Shown piece after piece: positions 60,361 through 64,000 of a DNA stretch of 64,000 nt (position 1 is the stretch's first letter; each line of letters opens with the position of its first letter). The translations under genes and the position numbers were made by a program. Under the pieces are notes generated by a model. That model saw only the letters and a program-made list of their open reading frames with translations. It made no database searches and was not told the DNA's origin. This stretch comes from Anthoceros angustus (Eukaryota; Plantae; Anthocerotophyta): NCBI GenBank assembly GCA_010909165.1, contig MU008192.1, positions 372,001-436,000 of the forward strand, read 5' to 3'.

Positions 60361-61196
60361 AGGGAGAACTTGCCAGTGCTCAAGTTTGTACGTCTGAGAG
60401 TATTCCTTATCTGGGAGCGAATGTGTTCGCTTACCTCATACCTGTCCAAAACTGAGACATGGACTTGGATGGCTTCCACCAGCCCTAGGGACTCATCGAA
60501 TTGGAAGCTGTTACTGCTGACTGCTTGACAAGGCTATCCCGCAGAGCGGCTCGCACAAGAGAATGAGTTGCCCATGAGATGCGCTCCATCTAAAAGCAGC
60601 CTGTCAACGCTGGATGCCTTTGATTTTATGGCTGACCGCATGACTTGTGCATTCCCACAGCGGCTGCAGGGCCACAGTTTGATAAATATGTATGGGAAGT
60701 CTGGGAGCATGGTTGATGCTCAACAGAGATCTTGCCACCTGGAGTGTCCTTAACGCAGATCCAGGTCCCTCTCCACCCGGAATGCCTTTCCTTGCTGCTT
60801 GCACTGCCTGAGCAAATTGTCATCAACATACTTCTCAAGTTCCCGCCTTCAGACATGTCCACCACATCTAGAACATCTGCCATCTGTTTTGCTCACCCAT
60901 TAGCAAGGATTCCTTGAGTATTCCTCAAGGAATTCGGACATTAACTGCTCAACGTCTGCCGTCACCTGTTTCGTTTGAAAGCTCTTCTGCAATGAGCACA
61001 CGCGAACTTTGCCTTTTCCAGTGCAATGGATGCCAACTTAAGGTGAGCTACCAACTCCCAACCCTCCATCCCCTCCAACAGGGATCCAAGGCTTGGTGCC
61101 TGCTCGTGTAGCTCATGTTGATTCGTCCCTAAGAAGGGGGCATAGCTCTGGTTTTCAGAACAATCTCGTTTCAGCACTACTTGGTCTCAACGTCAC

Positions 61197-61383
61197 AGAT
61201 ACTGCGCATCTATTTGACATTGAAATAGATGCAACTTCAGGTGATACTAACCCCAGTCGAGATACTGTGCATCTATTTGACGCGGAAATAGATGCAACTT
61301 CACGTATACCAACCCCAATCGAGATACTGTGCATCTATTTGACATTGACATAGATGCAACTTCAGGTAATAACAACCCCAGTC
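61197..61383. repeat. 3 x 62-63-bp tandem repeat, each containing an inverted repeat (hairpin)
   Basis: Core gcatctattt-N7-aaatagatgc (third copy has one mismatch) in units starting ~61198, 61261 and 61323. Confidence 0.85.
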
Positions 61384-61596
61384 GTCCATCTGCAAACGGG
61401 AGCAAGGGCTTTCATGCCCACTCATACAGCTCACATTTATTAGTCCCAAAGAGTGTGGCATAGCTCTGGTTTTCAAAACCATCTCATTTTCAAACAACAC
61501 CACTGGGTTTCGAGCAGGAGCCACATGTTCGGCTGGTTGACTGCCAGCTCGGTCGATGCGCTCGCTTCACGCCGCGGGAGAAAGGATGGGATTATG

Positions 61597-61703
61597 TGGA
61601 GGTTTGCGGAATTTTGAGGATCATGTGTGCACGGAGTTTGGAGGGGTTTGGAGGTTTGCGGAATTTTGAGGATCATGTGTGCACGGAGTTTGGAGGGGTT
61701 TGG
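61597..61703. repeat. ~52-bp direct tandem duplication
   Basis: tggaggtttgcggaattttgaggatcatgtgtgcacggagtttggaggggtt occurs twice. Confidence 0.85.
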
Positions 61704-61974
61704 TTTGCTGCATGGAGTTTCTTCGCATATTCTCGAGAGCATTATGGGAATCAGAAATCAAGTAAAAAGAAAAAGTGCCAAATGTGGATTGAGAAACTAA
61801 ATCTCACACTCTAAAGTCGGTGGGCAGCAAACCACACCTAAAGGCAAGCTACACCTCCATGGAAACTACGCCTAGAGGCAAACTGTCGCATATTCTACAA
61901 AACTTATTTTCCATGTCTCCATCGTTATCTTAGGAATATAAGTATTGTGGATATAGGTGTTATACATTATAATT

Positions 61975-63503
61975 TTATCTACGCCTCACCATTTCACGAG
62001 CCTCAATTTCATCTAATATTGATTCGGACAGTGGCTCCCAATTGATTTCTTGGCTGATCCAGTCAGTGATATCATTATAACCTATTTCACATTCATATAA
62101 TTAGTCAATATGATTTATAACTAAATATAATATTAAATTATCAAAATTTATTTCAAATAATTAGTTATTATAGTTTATAGATTACATTAAAAGTAGCATC
62201 TAATGATTTACCTTCTTGAAATAAAATAAATTCGAAGATATCCCTAAGGGAATGACAAAAGATGACAAAATCACATTTCAGGTTCTCACAACTATTTATA
62301 GCTCGATTTATTATCTGAATTATTAGAACATCGGGATGGAAATATTAGTAGAAGGTGTTACCATTAGAGTATGAAGCTCCATTAGAAAGACAAAATACGA
62401 ACCTCAATTTCATGTTCATTTCGATCTTGACCAAGAGCATTTTGCAAAAGAATTACGATTTGACTTTTCAATTGGTTTGCATCTGACCATCTGCACAAAA
62501 ATTGTCGTTCATATGGATGTTTATGTTGCTAGAGACATAATTTTTCTCTATATTCTACTTCTTTGACATACCCATTTGATTCGGTGAGGTTCTCTGATTT
62601 ACCACATTCCATGATGTATAGCTGCAAAAGAATATGATGAAAAACCATTAGAATTTTAGAAGAGAAATGAGTTGTAAGAAACAATGTCTTTCAAGGTTTG
62701 CTAGCCAATTTTTTTTGTCTAACATGGGATTTGAGCAATTGCTTGTGGATATAACACACGAATAGGAAGAATTTTCCAAATAACACACGAAGAGGAAGGA
62801 TTTTCCAAGGATTGTTGTTTTCATGTTCATATAGTATAGTACCAGTGAAAGTAAAATGACTATACCAACCTGAGCTTCTAAATTTTCTTTAACATTTTCT
62901 CTAGAAGCCATTATGAAATTCTCGAGTAGTAAATTTCCATGATTGAGATGCATCATATGCATGCTCTCCATTATGTTGATCTATGAGACACACACATGAA
63001 GATAAGTGGGCCATGGATGAGGCTAGTTTGACGATACAATATTGATACGCAATGTAGATAAAGAGGTACTATACCATTTGAATTACGAAGAAAAAAATTG
63101 TCTTCAAAGATAACCTATTATTAAGATCTCCAAGGTTGCTTGTCTCCACAACTTCTAATATAATAACATCCAGGGTATTTTCCTTGAACAAAACGTTAGC
63201 GTGAGCTCTCGAATGTGGAATACCAGGGCCTCCTCTAAGATGATGATAGAACCATTTTTCTTTTATGAAATATTCATAATTATTAATGATTCTAATTGTG
63301 ACTATCTTTTGATCTTTGATATCTAGTCCTGAAAATAAGCGTAATTTTAGAATAATATTTTAAAATAATTTAAATAGATTATGAACTGTAGAAGTAATAT
63401 TAACTTACAACTCACCCATGTGCGTAGTTCCAAATTGTCCTTCCCGAATGCATTTCCCAATTCCAAAGCTTCTATCCTCACACACGATCACCCCATTATC
63501 CAT
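61975..63503 (-). CDS. Highly divergent casein kinase 1-derived predicted pseudokinase, 7 exons, ~266 aa
   Basis: Exons 63503-63416, 63328-63075, 62980-62870, 62621-62572, 62490-62403, 62314-62212 and 62081-61975 join with GT-AG introns into one stop-free 801-nt frame. It aligns to CK1 at LRGGPGIP, LSLKTIFFFVIQM|IN, ENFIM, Q|LYIMECG and LFQEG|YNDITDW. Confidence 0.8.
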
Positions 63504-63924
63504 ATCTCCACACTAACACAAGATCTAACTAGATCCTAGTATTAGTAAAAACGTCCATATTGATATCAATTGGGCAGAAGTAAGACTTGACCAAGCAAGC
63601 TGGTTACTCTTGCTTTGAGCACAAGATCGATGGCTTGCGGTATCTTACACCTTGCATCTTGTGAGGAAGCTCGTGTCTGCCATAAAAATCTCTTCTCATG
63701 CTTCTACCGCAAACCTGGCTGAAACCATCATCTCTATATATACCCCTGAAAATATCACGATTGGGTTCGTGGAGAAGTCTGAGCGTCGTATAGGCCTCAA
63801 AAGCCTTCAACCACTTCGGCTTCGGATTCCATAGGGCCATCCAAAATATTATTGCATGGCGTTGCTGCTTCGGTTGTGCGCACTCCTCCGCTTTCCCTTA
63901 CGCAAGCCCAAAGGAATGAGTGGC

Positions 63925-64000
63925 TACTCAAGGGCGGGAATCCTGCAGTACTCAAGGGTGGGAATCCTGCAGTACTCAAGGGCGGGAATCCTGCAGTACT
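63925..64000. repeat. 24-bp tandem repeat running off the window end
   Basis: tactcaagggcgggaatcctgcag, three or more copies. Confidence 0.9.

Noticed and set aside
62648-62971. 107-aa ORF as a standalone gene
   Set aside because: It is exon 3 of the CK1-like gene read through into the following intron.

Overview
Eukaryotic nuclear DNA from a non-seed land plant, most consistent with a hornwort or fern. This is inferred from short GT-AG introns, GC-rich exons, abundant PLS-type PPR debris, a KP-type DYW domain and a signal-peptide polyphenol oxidase. Positions 1-18.5 kb are gene-dense: the 3' end of one PPO, a CYP85-clan P450 pseudogene, a single-domain Gnk2/DUF26 secreted protein, a PLAT-like membrane protein, a secreted alpha/beta-hydrolase, a complete secretory-type PPO, an HPPR/HPR2-type reductase and a 7-exon endonuclease III. 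Positions 19-57.6 kb are mostly nested, degenerate transposons: a Copia inside a Copia with a 5-bp TSD, a Gypsy, a CACTA end, another LTR element and a LINE. This block also holds several satellites and a ~1.44-kb tandem duplication carrying tRNA-Val(AAC) next to an intact calmodulin-like gene. Positions 58-64 kb hold a PPR-DYW:KP pseudogene and a 7-exon, fully open, AT-rich casein kinase 1-derived gene (61975-63503, minus) that has lost every catalytic motif and is almost invisible in the ORF track. The two best leads are this CK1 pseudokinase and the PPO/HPPR/hydrolase neighbourhood, a candidate tyrosine-derived phenolic cluster. All exon models were read by eye. Repeat regions carry many small indels, some of which may be sequencing error.
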